Positions 1-10,813 of a stretch of 64,000 nucleotides of DNA are shown here, piece by piece. Location of the stretch: contig CAWHCF010000049.1 of NCBI GenBank assembly GCA_963827655.1, forward strand, positions 256,001-320,000. The letters are read 5' to 3'. A program made the position numbers and the translations under genes. The number at the start of each line of letters is the position of its first letter. The stretch's first letter is position 1. Below the pieces are notes generated by a model, which saw only the letters and a program-made list of their open reading frames with translations, did no database searches and had not been told where the DNA came from. This stretch comes from an uncultured Acidobacteriota bacterium (GTDB lineage Bacteria > Acidobacteriota > UBA6911).

Positions 1-484
1 CCCAGGGGGATGCTACCAATCCGGTCAATCGGGACTGATAGGCGAGATCAGCCAGCCTCTCAACCCAGGTCTCGATCGCCTCGTGAACGCCTATGCGCCG
101 TGTGTCGTCGTTCGAAAGGCTCGTAAGGGCTGTGACTCCGAGCAGGAGCGGAGGAGTCGTCCATGATTCGGCCGCCGCGCGGGCGGCCTCGAGCATGGCC
201 ACCCCTCCCGCAGCATGAACCGTGAGCATCTGGACATCGAGCCGGGCTGCCGCTCGAACTGCCGCGGCGACCGTGTTGGGTATGTCGTGAAGCTTGAGAT
301 CGAGAAAAACGCCCTCGCCGCGTTGGCGAATCTCGCGTACCAGGTCAGGTCCCTCGCTGATAAAAAGTTCTAAACCGATTTTAAAATACCCCACCCGGCC
401 GGCGAGCTTGTCCACGGCGCTCAAAGCGGCGCTGCGGTCGGGGACGTCCAGAGCGACGATCAGCCGGGATCGCCCATTCGTCAT
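1..484 (-). CDS. pyrF: Orotidine-5'-phosphate decarboxylase (3' end outside window)
   Basis: Hand translation from ATG 484 (ATGA overlap with pyrD stop): MTNGRSRLIVALDV...KIGLELF...VFLDLKLHDIPNTV, containing the DxKxxDIxNT motif. Confidence 0.95.
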   Translation of the reverse strand, partial: MTNGRSRLIVALDVPDRSAALSAVDKLAGRVGYFKIGLELFISEGPDLVREIRQRGEGVFLDLKLHDIPNTVAAAVRAAARLDVQMLTVHAAGGVAMLEAARAAAESWTTPPLLLGVTALTSLSNDDTRRIGVHEAIETWVERLADLAYQSRLTGLVASPW

Positions 485-1416
485 ACTCGCAAGCTCCCCA
501 CCAGCTGGTTTATGTCAGGGATTTCGTGAGAGCGGCAATACCGCTCCAGTCCGCCGGCGATCTGCTGCGACGCGGAGGGATTGTAAAAGTTTGCTGTGCC
601 GACCTGGATCGCGCGCGCCCCCGCCAGGAGAAACTCGAGAGCGTCATCAGTGTTGGCAATTCCCCCGATGCCGATCACCGGTATCTTGACAACCTGGCAG
701 GTTTCCCAAACCATTCGCAGGGCCACCGGCTTGATCGCAGGACCGGAAAGCCCGCCCGTGACATATTTCAAGCGGGGGCGGCGCCTGACAGTGTCGATCG
801 CCATCCCGACGAAGGTGTTCACCACCGAGAGAGCGTCCGCGCCGGCATCTTCGCAAGCGCGGGCAAAGTCTCTTATATCGGTCACGTTGGGCGAGAGCTT
901 GACCCAGAGCGGTATTTGCGGAGACGCCTTCTTGGTTTTGGCGGTAACCTCGAAAGTGTCTTTCGGCTTCTGGTTGAAATGAAAGCCTCCGTGCTTGACG
1001 TTGGGACAGGAGATATTGAGTTCCAGGGCTGCAATTCCTGGGCAATCATTAAGAAAACGAGTGACCTCGAGATAGTCCCTCAGAGTGAACCCGACCACGT
1101 TGACCACGACCCTGGTCTGGAATTTCCGGAGCGCGGGAAGTTTCTTGGTGGTGAACTCAACAGCGCCGATGTTTTGCCAGCCGATTGCGTTCAACATGCC
1201 CGAGGGGGTTTCGTAGATCCGGGGAGGAGGATTTCCTTTGATGGGCCGCATCGAGATGCCCTTGACCACAATTCCGCCGATCGAGTTGAGATCCATCAGG
1301 TGCGCAAACTCGATGCCATAGGCGAAGGTGCCACTGGCGGTCAGGACCGGGTTCTTAAACTCCACTCCCGCGATTGTGACTGACATTCGTGGTGCTCGAG
1401 CCGATTTACGAGCCAT
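481..1416 (-). CDS. pyrD: Dihydroorotate dehydrogenase, family 1B catalytic subunit
   Basis: NPVLTASGT, ELNISCPN, VKLSPNV, GGLSGPAIKP motifs; start may be 1386. Confidence 0.95.
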   Translation of the reverse strand: MARKSARAPRMSVTIAGVEFKNPVLTASGTFAYGIEFAHLMDLNSIGGIVVKGISMRPIKGNPPPRIYETPSGMLNAIGWQNIGAVEFTTKKLPALRKFQTRVVVNVVGFTLRDYLEVTRFLNDCPGIAALELNISCPNVKHGGFHFNQKPKDTFEVTAKTKKASPQIPLWVKLSPNVTDIRDFARACEDAGADALSVVNTFVGMAIDTVRRRPRLKYVTGGLSGPAIKPVALRMVWETCQVVKIPVIGIGGIANTDDALEFLLAGARAIQVGTANFYNPSASQQIAGGLERYCRSHEIPDINQLVGSLRV

Positions 1417-1473
1417 GGTTCATCCGGTTCTCAGAGTTTCCAGCTTAGCGCGAAGGCGCAAGGATTCGCATGG

Positions 1474-2313
1474 TCAGAGGGGTGGAGTGTTCCAGTCCAC
1501 GGTACGGCTATTCATGACCGGACCCTCGAGGCACACGCGCAGATACTGCTCCTCGTTGTTCTGATCCCAGGCGCGGATGACGCACCCCATGCAGGCGCCC
1601 AGGGAGCACCCCATGCGAGCCTCAAGACTGACTTCGCAATCCACACCCTGGCGTATGGCAAGTTCGTGCGTGGCTTTCATCATCCCCCAGGGACCGCATG
1701 AAAAAAGGCGGAGATTGGCGCGGGGATGCTGTTTCAGGAAGCGACTGAGCGGAAGCGTCACTAATCCTTTTTCTCCGATCGATCCGTTTTCACTGGTGTA
1801 ATGGGTTTCAATTCCGAGTTGCTCGAAGTAGTCTCGCAGAACCAGGTCGGCGGCGGTCTTTCCGCCATAGAACAATACCGGAGTGATTTGCTTTGATATC
1901 AGCGCGCGCGCAAGAAGATAAAGCGCGGCGATCCCTACCCCGCCGGCGACCAGGCAAGCAAAGTCCAGCCGGCCTCGCCAATCGTCCGGGAGCCGGAAGG
2001 GTTGGCCCTGAGGTCCCAGTGAGTGAATTTGGTCGCCCCTCTGCAATTCCACGAGCCGGCGCGTGCCGATTCCGACATCCTTGACCAGGATGTCCAATCC
2101 CGTGATCCGGCCGGAACGCGGAGTGCGTTTGATGTCGAAAACACTGAAAGGACGTCGCAGAAGCGGATTCTCTTGCACATCGTCCGAGCACTTTATCATG
2201 ACAAAATGCCCGGGTTGAGTCCTTCGAGCCTGCTCCGGCGAGTCCAGAGTCAAGAGGTAGTTGTGGCCGCCGAGAGGCCTTATGTCGCGGACCCTTACTT
2301 TCTTATCAAGCAT
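1474..2313 (-). CDS. pyrK: Dihydroorotate dehydrogenase electron transfer subunit
   Basis: LRRPFS, AGGVGIA, CGP and MGCSLGACMGC...RVCLEGPV 2Fe-2S motif; next to pyrD. Confidence 0.93.
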   Translation of the reverse strand: MLDKKVRVRDIRPLGGHNYLLTLDSPEQARRTQPGHFVMIKCSDDVQENPLLRRPFSVFDIKRTPRSGRITGLDILVKDVGIGTRRLVELQRGDQIHSLGPQGQPFRLPDDWRGRLDFACLVAGGVGIAALYLLARALISKQITPVLFYGGKTAADLVLRDYFEQLGIETHYTSENGSIGEKGLVTLPLSRFLKQHPRANLRLFSCGPWGMMKATHELAIRQGVDCEVSLEARMGCSLGACMGCVIRAWDQNNEEQYLRVCLEGPVMNSRTVDWNTPPL

Positions 2314-2413
2314 CGGGTCTCAGTATAGGAGCCAAATCGTGGTTTGCAATGCATTTCCCCTGTGGTATGATCGCCGCGCTTTTGACGGTCCAGCCAGTTA
2401 CGAATCCAATACC

Positions 2414-2961
2414 CATGAGCAAGAAAACTGAGAGCAAGCCTCTGATGGACGCGCGCGAAATGGATCTGGCGCTGTCCCGTATTGCGGCGGAGATTGTTGA
2501 GAAAATCAGCCACAAGAATGAGTTTGCCATCATTGGGATTCGTCGACGAGGGGTTCATCTTGCGCAGCGGCTTTGCACCAAGGTGGAAACGGTTGTCAAA
2601 CGTCCGGTCTTGAACGGCATACTGGACATCACACTTTATCGTGACGATCTCACCACCATTGGCACCCGACCGCTTCTGCGGGAGACCTCGATCGAATTCG
2701 ACATCAACAATCTTAGCCTGGTGCTGGTGGATGATGTGCTTTACACCGGGCGTACCGTGAGGGCGGCGCTGGACGGCCTGGTGGATCTGGCGGCCGAGGC
2801 GGGTGCAGCTTGCAGTGCTGATCGATCGGGGGCATCGAGAGCTTCCCATTCAAGCCGACTATGTCGGGAAGTACGTGCAGACCACCGAGGACGAAATCGT
2901 AGAAGTCCGGATGAAAGAGGAAGATGGTGAAGAAAACGTGGTGGTTGTCAGGAAGTCATAG
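2414..2961 (+). CDS. pyrR: Bifunctional pyr regulator/UPRTase, apparent 1-nt frameshift near 2790
   Basis: LDITLYRDD and [11 protein letters not shown]; the shifted frame continues [27 protein letters not shown] to TAG 2959-2961. Confidence 0.92.
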
Positions 2962-3245
2962 GATTGACGATTTACGATTGACGATTGACGATTTCAGGTT
3001 GGCGATTAGTACTACTGGTCGAAGGTAAAGAAGGCTGGACCGATGAGACGATGGAGTTCAATCGTCATTTGGATTGACGATTTACGACGATTGACGATTT
3101 CAGGTTGGCGGCTGACCGTGGGCGATAAAGTTCAAACGTCACCAAAACTGGGCGTAGTACGGCTGATGTACGATTCCACATTGTCGATGGCCTGTGCGCG
3201 TTGGGGATTCAATCGTCAATCGTCAATCGTCAATCGTCAATCGTA
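2962..3245. repeat. Two stacked heptamer cassettes (GATTGAC)n...(GTCAATC)n between pyrR and pyrB
   Basis: Forward arrays ~2962-2994 and ~3072-3100, both followed by TTCAGGTTGGCG; reverse arrays ~3058-3067 and ~3210-3244. Confidence 0.9.
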
Positions 3246-4196
3246 ATGTCGTCCCTGCGTCATAAAGATTTACTAGGCGTGGCTCAACTCTCCGTCGAGG
3301 AGATACAACTGATCCTCGACACCGCCGTGGCATTGAAGCAGGTGGCGGATCGGGCGGTCAAGAAAGTTCCTACCCTCCGCGGCAAAACCGTCATCAATCT
3401 TTTCTTCGAGCCTTCCACTCGCACCCGGTCTTCGTTCGAGCTGGCGGAGAAACGGCTCAGCGCCGACATACTCAATTTCGCGGCTTCTACCAGCAGTGTA
3501 TCCAAAGGGGAAACTCTCCTCGATACGGCGCGCAATCTGGAATCAATGGCGCCCGACATCATAGTGATCCGGCACTCTTCGGCTGGTGCGCCGCATCTTC
3601 TGGGGCGCGAATGTCGTTCGTCAATCGTGAACGCCGGCGATGGCATGCACGAGCACCCCACCCAGGCGCTGCTGGATGCCCTCACTGTGCGTGAGATGAA
3701 AGGCCGGATCGAGGGGTTAAAAATTGCCATTATCGGCGACATCGCCCACAGCCGCGTGGCCCGCTCCGATACGACTCTGTTTCACAAGATGGGGGCCGAA
3801 GTCTGGGCGTGCGGCCCGGCTACTCTTATTCCCTGGGATTTTGAAAAATTGGGCGCGAGAGTCACGGGACACATCGATCAAGCGCTTGAAGCGGCGGACG
3901 TCGTGATGATGTTGCGCGTGCAGCACGAGCGTCAAACCGAAGCATTTGTACCCACCACGAGAGAATATTTCAATTTCTACGGCTTAACCCGGGAGCGGAT
4001 GCGCCTGGCCAAGAAAGATGCGATTGTCATGCACCCAGGACCAATGAACCGGGGAGTCGAAATTGATTCCGAAGTGGCGGATGGCCCGTACTCTGTCATC
4101 CTGAACCAGGTGGCCAATGGCGTGGCGATTCGGATGGCAGTCCTTTACCTGGTGACGGGTCATTCGGGATTAAGGCCGAGGAAAGAGGCGCGATAA
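3246..4196 (+). CDS. pyrB: Aspartate carbamoyltransferase catalytic subunit
   Basis: [29 protein letters not shown]; ATG 3246 directly follows the repeat array. Confidence 0.96.
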   Translation: MSSLRHKDLLGVAQLSVEEIQLILDTAVALKQVADRAVKKVPTLRGKTVINLFFEPSTRTRSSFELAEKRLSADILNFAASTSSVSKGETLLDTARNLESMAPDIIVIRHSSAGAPHLLGRECRSSIVNAGDGMHEHPTQALLDALTVREMKGRIEGLKIAIIGDIAHSRVARSDTTLFHKMGAEVWACGPATLIPWDFEKLGARVTGHIDQALEAADVVMMLRVQHERQTEAFVPTTREYFNFYGLTRERMRLAKKDAIVMHPGPMNRGVEIDSEVADGPYSVILNQVANGVAIRMAVLYLVTGHSGLRPRKEAR

Positions 4197-5483
4197 ATGC
4201 CCATGCAACTGATACTCCGTCAGGGCCGGGTGGTAGACCCCTCACAGCGTCTGGACAAGGTCGCCGATCTCGGAATCGAAGATGGACGGGTTGCGGAGAT
4301 CGCGCCCCGACTGCGCCGGAAGGGCCGGAAGGAAGTGGATGCTCGCGGGCTCATCATTGCGCCTGGATTCATCGATATGCATGCTCATCTGCGCGAACCC
4401 GGACGCGAAGATGCCGAAACCATTGAGAGCGGCACCAACGCTGCGGCGCAAGGCGGCTTCACCGGCGTGGCTTGTATGCCTAACACTCAGCCCGTGAACG
4501 ATTCAGAGGCCGTTACGTCTTTCATTCTCGAAAGAGCTCGGGAGGTTTCCAAAATAGCTGTCTATCCCATCGGGGCCATTACGAAAGGAAGCCAGGGAGA
4601 AACCCTAGCTGAGATCGGCGAGATGCGTCGGGCCGGGATCGTCGCCGTCAGCGACGACGGCCATCCCGTGCAGAACAGTCAGATCATGCGCCGGGCGATG
4701 GAATACTCGACCATTTTCGACCTGCCGGTCATAGATCATTGCGACGACAGGGATCTTGCCGCGGGCGGCTGTATGAACGAAGGATATTATTCGACCGTCC
4801 TTGGACTGCGCGGCATCAATCCGGCCGCGGAAGAGATTCACGTTGCGCGGGACGCGATCCTTGCCCGACAAACGGGAGCCCGAGTCCATATTGCCCATCT
4901 GTCCACGCGACAGTCCCTCGAGATCGTCAGGCGCGCCAAGAAAGAGAAGATTTCCTTGACCTGCGAAGTGACACCCCATCATTTGCTGCTTACCGATGCA
5001 GAGGTGGTTTCTTACAACACCAACATGAAAATGAACCCGCCCCTTCGGACTGCCGAGGACGTCAAGGCTCTGGTTGACGGCCTCGCATCGGGAGCAATCG
5101 ATGTGATCGCCACCGATCATGCTCCGCATAATGTCAACGACAAGATGCTCGAATTTGACCGCGCACCCTTCGGCGTGGTGGGGTTCGAGACGGCCATCAG
5201 TCTCATGATGGATCGATTCGTCAGAGCCGGAAAACTCAGCCTGCGGCGTTTGGTTCTGGCCTTTTCGACCAATCCCGCCCGTATATTGAGGCTGGAGCGA
5301 GGAACACTGGCACCCGGTTCGTGCGCCGATGTTACCGTGATCGATCCCGAGTTCCACTACCAGGTAAAAGGGGCCGACTTTGCCTCTCGCAGCCGCAACA
5401 CCCCTTTCGAAGGTTGGACATTGACGGGAGGACCGGTGATGACGATTGTTAAAGGAAGAATCGTCTCGACGCGGCAGACATGA
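4197..5483 (+). CDS. pyrC: Dihydroorotase
   Basis: PGFIDMHAHLREPG, MPNT, KMNPPLR, ATDHAPH. Confidence 0.95.
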   Translation: MPMQLILRQGRVVDPSQRLDKVADLGIEDGRVAEIAPRLRRKGRKEVDARGLIIAPGFIDMHAHLREPGREDAETIESGTNAAAQGGFTGVACMPNTQPVNDSEAVTSFILERAREVSKIAVYPIGAITKGSQGETLAEIGEMRRAGIVAVSDDGHPVQNSQIMRRAMEYSTIFDLPVIDHCDDRDLAAGGCMNEGYYSTVLGLRGINPAAEEIHVARDAILARQTGARVHIAHLSTRQSLEIVRRAKKEKISLTCEVTPHHLLLTDAEVVSYNTNMKMNPPLRTAEDVKALVDGLASGAIDVIATDHAPHNVNDKMLEFDRAPFGVVGFETAISLMMDRFVRAGKLSLRRLVLAFSTNPARILRLERGTLAPGSCADVTVIDPEFHYQVKGADFASRSRNTPFEGWTLTGGPVMTIVKGRIVSTRQT

Positions 5484-5494
5484 GCCCGGTGTTC

Positions 5495-5520
5495 CTTCGT
5501 GTCTTTGCGTCTTTGAGGTT
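5495..5520. repeat. Octamer-type array (CTTCGTGT/CTTTGCGT)
   Basis: CTTCGTGTCTTTGCGTCTTTGAGGTT; same family as the copies listed under findings. Confidence 0.7.
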
Positions 5521-5535
5521 AGTTCTTCTTTTGGC

Positions 5536-5865
5536 TCAGTTTTTTCCGGACTTTGGGGAACCGGATGGGGCGGGAAGTTGTTGAATGATCTCGCCTCTTT
5601 TGCCGTATCCTTTTTGCCGCGCGTATCTTTCGAGAGTCTCCCGATCGTCCCGAAGATTGCGAATCTCATCCAAGCGGGCCTTGTTGCTCAGTTCCAGAGC
5701 TTTAACACGGGCTCGACGGGTTTCCAGGTCCGCCCGGTTTTTTTTCATTTCGAGATACCCTCCAGGCCCCCAGATCGTGGCCGCGCTGGCGACCAGAATA
5801 GTGAGAATCAGGATGATGTAGTAGATTTCGTTCCCGTAAGTATGGTGCCGCTTGGAATGAAGCAT
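5536..5865 (-). CDS. Septum formation initiator (FtsB/DivIC family)
   Basis: One TM helix, GPGGY, coiled coil, LERYARQKGYGKRGE resembling the FtsB C-terminal motif. Confidence 0.8.
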   Translation of the reverse strand: MLHSKRHHTYGNEIYYIILILTILVASAATIWGPGGYLEMKKNRADLETRRARVKALELSNKARLDEIRNLRDDRETLERYARQKGYGKRGEIIQQLPAPSGSPKSGKN

Positions 5866-5997
5866 ATAAAGCCCAAGTCTTTGAGCGCGTTGATTTTGAC
5901 GACCGGCCTTGATTATACTGGCGAAGATTTGACCGAATCAATCGATTTCTCGTTTCAAACCCTTTACGTCGACTCACCTCTTCGGAGTTAACCAGCC

Positions 5998-6318
5998 ATG
6001 AGTGAAATCCTGGTTTTGACCACGGCAGATTCCCTCGACCTCGCTCTGAGAATTGCCTCGGCTCTCGTGGAGCAGAAGGAAGCCGCCTGTGTCAACATCG
6101 TGCCAGGGATTCGTTCCATCTACCGCTGGGAAGGAAAGGTCTGCGATGACGCCGAACTGCTGTTGCTCATAAAATCCTCCGCGGATCGATTCGAAGCCGT
6201 CCGATCACGAATCCGGCAACTCCACACCTACGAGGTTCCCGAAGTTATCTCCCTTCCTATTGTGGCCGGAGACCAGTCTTACCTCCGCTGGCTCAACGAA
6301 CAAGTCAAGGCGGATTGA
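5998..6318 (+). CDS. cutA: Divalent-cation tolerance protein
   Basis: AACVNIVPGIRSIYRWEG, LHTYEVPEVI, YLRWL. Confidence 0.95.
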   Translation: MSEILVLTTADSLDLALRIASALVEQKEAACVNIVPGIRSIYRWEGKVCDDAELLLLIKSSADRFEAVRSRIRQLHTYEVPEVISLPIVAGDQSYLRWLNEQVKAD

Positions 6319-6694
6319 CGATTGACGATTGACGATTGACGATTGTCCCGCCTTCACAAGTCAAGGTTGAAATCGTCAATCGTTAGGATTTTCTGAAATA
6401 TTGTCGACTCCGCAAACTTCAGTCATTACACCGGCGAAGCTATGGCCAGGATCACTCAGGCTCGGAGAAATCGACTCTGCTTGTGGCCGGAGACCAGTCT
6501 TACCTCGCTGGCTCAATGAACAGTCAAGGCGATTGACGATTGTCGAATTTACGATTGAAAAGGGCATGGGCCTTCTAGCTGCTCAAACATAGTCGACGGA
6601 CTTGAAATCGTCAATCGTAAATCGTCAATCGGTCACACCGGCGAAGCTATGGCCAGGATCACTCAGGCTCATCATCGGAGAAATCGAACTCTGC
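6260..6694. repeat. Imperfect tandem duplication (cutA 3' end + heptamer cassette + next gene 5' end) x2
   Basis: 6260-6325 matches 6481-6542; 6428-6480 matches 6635-6694; the interiors differ. Confidence 0.9.
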
Positions 6695-8170
6695 TGGAAT
6701 GGATCAGCGCCGAGAAGGCAAAGTCGGAAGTGGTCTGGGGTTCGGAGCGCGTGGGCACCTGGGAGGGAATACAACCGCGGTGGCGGGAATCGAATCAAAG
6801 GATTCGGTTTAAGTTCCGAGCTCGGAACAGGAATGTAACCGCATGGATTGTCTGTCTTCAGCCGACTCCCTGGGGCATCAAAGTTCTTTTGCGCGACTTT
6901 GACAAGGCCTTTCCAAACGAGCTCCGGGTTGTGTGGCCGAACGCATCCTTCGAGGGTACCCCTGCTCGAGCAAACGACTTTTGGGAGACGATACGCCCGT
7001 GGGTCCGAGTTCACTGGCCTGGTTGCACGATTGTCTCGGCCACGCAGCGCGCGGATCGAGCGCACACGATCTCCGGTGCATTTCTCAGGGTCCAGGTTCG
7101 CTATCGCGGAAGGGTCTACCTTCTGATAGGGTGCGGCGCAGCTCCCGTGGAAACAACCAACGAAATGCTGGCCCAGGGACTCCTCTGGGTGGCCTGTCTG
7201 CAAAAGAGCAGGCAACTGGACGGGTTGCCAACTCTGTGCCTGATGGTTCCTGCTGGTCATTCCGGGATTCTCTACCACCGTGCGCGCTATCTTAACCCGG
7301 AACGGATAAAGGTGGAGATCTGGGAACACGAGGACTCGGCAGAACAAGGGTCCTTTCGCCCCGCATCGCCGCCCCCTCCTCCCGAAGAAAATCGTGACTT
7401 CCGCTGGCCTCTGCTAGGTCCGTTCCGATGGAGTGCGCTGCTCGCTCGAGTGCTCGACCTGGCCCCGAACTTGATCCGGCGGTATCCCCGCTTCCAGGAC
7501 TACGATTCGCTGCGTCTGTGTGGTCTCGAATTCGCCCGCGTGTTCGGGGAGGAACGTGACCGGGTTAGCTTTGGGATTGGGCCGCACCAGAGCGAGTTGA
7601 CGGATGAAACCTTCGCAGAACTCCGGTCGCTGGTGGAGGAGATACTCTTTTTTCGCCGGCCCGACACCCCCGACACTCACCACCCGTATTACACACTCCA
7701 ATCGGAACGCTGGCTCGAATCGCTGATACTCGAGGAGGTCTCACGAATTTTCCCTGAACTGGCGCCCGAGACGGTCTACTCTCAAATCCCGGTTTACTTG
7801 GGTAAGGATCCGGGCCGGGTGGACATTCTAGGGGCCGATCTTCAAGGGACGCTCGTAGTCATGGAGTTGAAAGTCCTGGAGGATCCCAACCTTCCCGTAC
7901 AGGCGCTCGACTATTGGGGACGCGTCATCCAGCACAATATCTGTGGCGACTTCGAACGGCGCGGATACTTCTCGGGGATCCAGCTGAATCGCAGGCAGCC
8001 TCGCATATACGTGGTTGCGCCCGTCTTCTCATTCCACGATTCGACGGAGCGTGTGCTGCGGTTTTTCGACCCCGGCGCTGGAGGTCTGGAAGATCGCCAT
8101 AAATCATGACTGGCGATCGGGGGTCAAAATCCTGCAGCGTACCAGTTTGCGCTGCGGCGAACTGCCTTGA
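6649..8170 (+). CDS. Hypothetical protein with C-terminal PD-(D/E)XK (NucS-like) nuclease domain; probable frameshift near 8073
   Basis: SERWLE...GRVDILGADLQGTLVVMELK...VQALDYW; the shifted frame gives ALEVWKIAINHDWRSGVKIL...TGA 8168-8170. Confidence 0.7.
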
Positions 8171-8283
8171 CGCCTGATATTGAAAGCGCGCGGATATCAG
8201 GATCACGTTTTCGAGGACAAGCTTGGCTTGAAAATCTTCCCGATCGATGGCGCTGTGCTGCGGTGTGGACGATTCGGCAGCGA

Positions 8284-8511
8284 TTATTTCTTGGCGACTT
8301 CTTCCTGACTTGCCTGAAAAGCACCCCTTCTCAGTGCGTCACCCGAAGGGTCTCCACCAGATTTTTCTTCCTGCCCGACTTTGAGCGCGGATTTGAAATT
8401 CTTGATTCCTTCACCCAGGCCCTTCCCCAGCTGAGGAATCTTATTCACGCCAAATATGAAGATCACGATGAGAAGGACGACGAAAAGTTCCTGCGTGCCC
8501 AGACCGAACAT
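8284..8511 (-). CDS. tatA: Twin-arginine translocase TatA/E subunit
   Basis: [40 protein letters not shown]. Confidence 0.92.
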   Translation of the reverse strand: MFGLGTQELFVVLLIVIFIFGVNKIPQLGKGLGEGIKNFKSALKVGQEEKSGGDPSGDALRRGAFQASQEEVAKK

Positions 8512-8644
8512 AAAGAACCTCCTATGTTCTGCTTTTGGAAAACTCGATTAGAAGAGTACTTTAGCGCTTCACAGAAGTCAATCCTTCCGGTGCCCGAGCC
8601 TTGTGGTCAGCGCTACCGAACAAATACCACCAAGACGCGAAGAC

Positions 8645-10546
8645 TCAAAGGAGAATTCGCTCATTCCCCTGGCGTCGGGTAAAACGCTCCCGATCGAGAA
8701 ACTCCAGCAGCGGGATCGCGTGCTTTCGCGTCAGATCGAACATATCCTTGAATTCGGTTACGCCAAACGTGGACCCTCGGGCGTAGGTTGAATGAATCTT
8801 GTTCTTCATCTCTTCAAGAGTTTCGCGGTGATAGGCAAGATCGTCGGAGATCTTGACGAGAATCTTCTCTTTGACCATCCAGAAATAGATCTTACGCACC
8901 TCTTCGGCATCTGCGGGGATGGCGCCTGGGAGGTCGGATATCGCCGGGGGCTGGTAACCAGCGCGCTGGAAGACTTCTTCAATCAATTGGCGTACGTGCT
9001 GGCCCTGGGCGTTGAGCTGGACCTCTCGTCCGTGTAGTGAGACGGTGTCCTCATGGAGGGAGACTTTGCGTTCTTTGACCAGATCATCCAGACAGAAACG
9101 AAAGAAGTCCGGTGGGAGATCCCTGAACAGCCTGGCACGCAGTTCTTCCCTCGAGATCCCTCTTTGAAGTGGATGCTCCCGGTGGAATCTCGCCGTCCGG
9201 GACAGGACTCCCTGTTTCAACCGCTCCGCCGTTTCAGGGAGGACGAGCATGAGGGAAGCTCCGGGGATGATTGTGAGCTTCCGGGCCGAGGCCAGGCCGG
9301 AACACAATTCGATGAGCTTGGATCCGGCGAAGCCGACGAGCGAGTTCAACTGGTCGAGGCTCATTGCCCGGCTCGTGGACGCGGCGATCAAGCCTAGAAT
9401 CCTTTCCTCAAGTGACGCTTTATCCAGCGTCTGCAGGGCGGTAACCGCGTTCCTGTCGGTGATCTTATGTTTGAGGGGATGAGGATTGAGAACTTTCCCG
9501 CCGCCGATCGTCATGGTGGGGGAAAACTGGCGGATGATGAACGGATCGTTGTGAAGACAGAACACCGGCGCCTCCAGGCGAAGCTGCGCCTTGGCTGATT
9601 CTCCCGGAGCCATCGAGTCCATACCGAGCAGAGCGACTCGGGCGAGAACCTCCGAAGTGCCGTGATGGAAACGAACCTTAACCAGGTTCTTCAAAGGGCG
9701 CGGAGCAGAGGTCAAGAGGTCGAGGCGAACGTCGACCATTTGAGTTGAATGAAACAGCCGGGGAACAGTTAGCACCATTCCCCGCGCCACGTGACCCAGG
9801 TCGAGCCCCTGCAGATTAATTGCCGTGCGCTGTCCGGCGACGGCCCGCTCGCTCATTTTTCCGTGGACCTGGATTCCTCGCACGCGCGAGGTGAGATTGC
9901 CGGGAATCAGTTCGAGTTCCTGGTCTTTCAGGATCTGACCCGCGGTTAGCGTACCGGTAACAACCGTACCGAAGCCTCGGACCGTGAACGCTCGATCGAC
10001 GGGCAGCCGCGGCAATCGATCCTGCGGACGCTCCGGTGTGGAAAGCGCCAGCCGGCGAAGTGCCATTTTCAAGTCTTCTATGCCCGAGCCAGTCTTGGAA
10101 CTAACCGGGATAACCTCGCCGTGTTCTAAAAACGAGCCGCGCGTGAGATCGTTTATTTCTTCTCGAACCAACTGAACCAGATCCGGTTCAACCAGGTCTG
10201 TTTTGGTGATTACTATCAGGCCGGAATTGATTTCCAGAAGACGGCAAATGTCGAAATGCTCACGTGTTTGTGGCATCACCGACTCGTCGGCGGCAACCAC
10301 AAGCAAAACCAGGTCTATCCCGCCAACCCCGGCCAGCATGTTCTTTACGAATCTCTCATGACCGGGCACGTCAACGAAGCCTACCTGAAGATCGGTCAGA
10401 TCGAGATGGGCAAAGCCGAGGTCGATGGTGATGCCTCGCAGCTTTTCCTCCTTGAGGCGATCCGGATCTGTTCCCGTGAGGGCTTTTACCAGCGCGCTCT
10501 TTCCGTGATCGATGTGACCGGCCGTTCCGGCGATGATGTAACGCAT
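8645..10546 (-). CDS. selB: Selenocysteine-specific elongation factor
   Basis: [26 protein letters not shown]-terminal [13 protein letters not shown] winged helix; ATG at 10546. Confidence 0.96.
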   Translation of the reverse strand: MRYIIAGTAGHIDHGKSALVKALTGTDPDRLKEEKLRGITIDLGFAHLDLTDLQVGFVDVPGHERFVKNMLAGVGGIDLVLLVVAADESVMPQTREHFDICRLLEINSGLIVITKTDLVEPDLVQLVREEINDLTRGSFLEHGEVIPVSSKTGSGIEDLKMALRRLALSTPERPQDRLPRLPVDRAFTVRGFGTVVTGTLTAGQILKDQELELIPGNLTSRVRGIQVHGKMSERAVAGQRTAINLQGLDLGHVARGMVLTVPRLFHSTQMVDVRLDLLTSAPRPLKNLVKVRFHHGTSEVLARVALLGMDSMAPGESAKAQLRLEAPVFCLHNDPFIIRQFSPTMTIGGGKVLNPHPLKHKITDRNAVTALQTLDKASLEERILGLIAASTSRAMSLDQLNSLVGFAGSKLIELCSGLASARKLTIIPGASLMLVLPETAERLKQGVLSRTARFHREHPLQRGISREELRARLFRDLPPDFFRFCLDDLVKERKVSLHEDTVSLHGREVQLNAQGQHVRQLIEEVFQRAGYQPPAISDLPGAIPADAEEVRKIYFWMVKEKILVKISDDLAYHRETLEEMKNKIHSTYARGSTFGVTEFKDMFDLTRKHAIPLLEFLDRERFTRRQGNERILL

Positions 10547-10813
10547 TGATTGCAATACTTTCCGTTCCGCGATGTGCAAGGTCTTGCTCCCGTGATCGGG
10601 CTCGTCGTCAGAGGAAGGGAAAAGACCTTGACTGAGAAATTTCGTGACAGTACGCTTCTTGGTCAGTCGAAGCCGGGTGACTTCGCTTAAGAAATTTATC
10701 TTAGTGCAGTACACCAGGGTTGACCAGTCGAAAACCCCAGTCGGGGTCTTTCGATTTCTAACTTGGTTGATTCGTGTCAACCACGAGACGTGAGCAACGC
10801 CAGGTGATGGTAA

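Noticed and set aside
2314-2413. PyrR attenuator in the pyrK-pyrR spacer
   Set aside because: No clear PyrR binding-loop consensus or terminator/antiterminator pair visible
3043-3246. Short ORFs and N-terminal extensions containing SSIVNRQS or IDDLRLT
   Set aside because: They are translations of the heptamer arrays, not independent proteins
8645-10546. Selenoproteins in the window implied by selB
   Set aside because: I found no in-frame TGA at a conserved Cys position followed by a SECIS-like hairpin
10560-10640. SRP RNA or tRNA-Sec next to ffh/selB
   Set aside because: No CAGG...GNRA...AGCAG domain IV motif and no cloverleaf recognisable
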